Source: a virus
Lineage: Duplodnaviria; Caudoviricetes
Strand: one strand, 5' to 3'
IMG/VR virus record: IMGVR_UViG_3300012940_001451
Coordinates: 1 to 30,871 of that record
Length of the DNA stretch: 30,871 nt
Under the pieces are notes generated by a model. The model saw only the letters and a program-made list of their open reading frames with translations, ran no database searches and was not told where the DNA came from. Of the stretch, positions 30,797-30,871 are shown piece by piece (within the stretch, counting starts at the first letter, position 1; every line of letters starts with the position of its first letter). The translations under genes were made by a program, and so were the position numbers.

Positions 30797-30871
30797 ATGA
30801 CCATGACGAACGCATCTGTGCGGGCGGCGGACCCTTATGCTGTCTACCGCCCATTCCTCGACCTCGTCGGC
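30797..30871 (+). CDS. 5' fragment of a probable endolysin (lysozyme-like), truncated by the window edge
   Basis: AAGGA SD; MTMTNASVRAADPYAVYRPFLDLVG resembles the 'LLDLIG.TEG' start of lambda-R-like lysozymes; expected position after the fibre gene. Confidence 0.5.
   Translation, partial: MTMTNASVRAADPYAVYRPFLDLVG

Larger units (their letters stand above)
1..30871. mobile_element. Temperate HK97-like siphophage prophage (both ends extend beyond the window)
   Basis: Ordered integrase, regulation, replication, antiterminator, packaging, head, tail, fibre and lysis modules; no obvious breaks in structural ORFs. Confidence 0.96.

Noticed and set aside
27193-30871. Diversity-generating retroelement or invertible fibre cassette
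   Set aside because: No reverse transcriptase, invertase or duplicated fibre-end sequence seen in the window; cannot exclude beyond the edge

Overview
The window is almost the whole of a temperate HK97-like (cos-type, non-contractile tail) prophage. The host is probably a GC-rich alphaproteobacterium (Rhizobiales-like), inferred from protein families and sigma-EcfG-type promoters. Gene order: P4-type tyrosine integrase; a leftward accessory block (orphan PemK/MazF-like toxin with a downstream promoter-driven structured RNA, two envelope proteins); a divergent pair of Arc-family regulators around three palindromic operators; AlpA, DUF1376 initiator and T7-gp4/Twinkle-type primase-helicase; a NusG paralog with a late promoter; a moron block (ferritin-like, PRC-barrel, DUF2321, DUF4145); HNH/cos/terminase/portal/protease/capsid; neck and tail genes with a -1 frameshift chaperone; tape measure; tail tip; tailspike with S74 chaperone; a reverse-strand SAM methyltransferase; and the first 25 codons of a probable endolysin. 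The att sites lie outside the window. The best candidate for an undescribed system is the antitoxin-less PemK/MazF gene whose last codons carry a sigma70 promoter for a ~120-nt multi-hairpin RNA, a possible RNA-antitoxin module. All family assignments come from motif recognition by eye; no searches were run.
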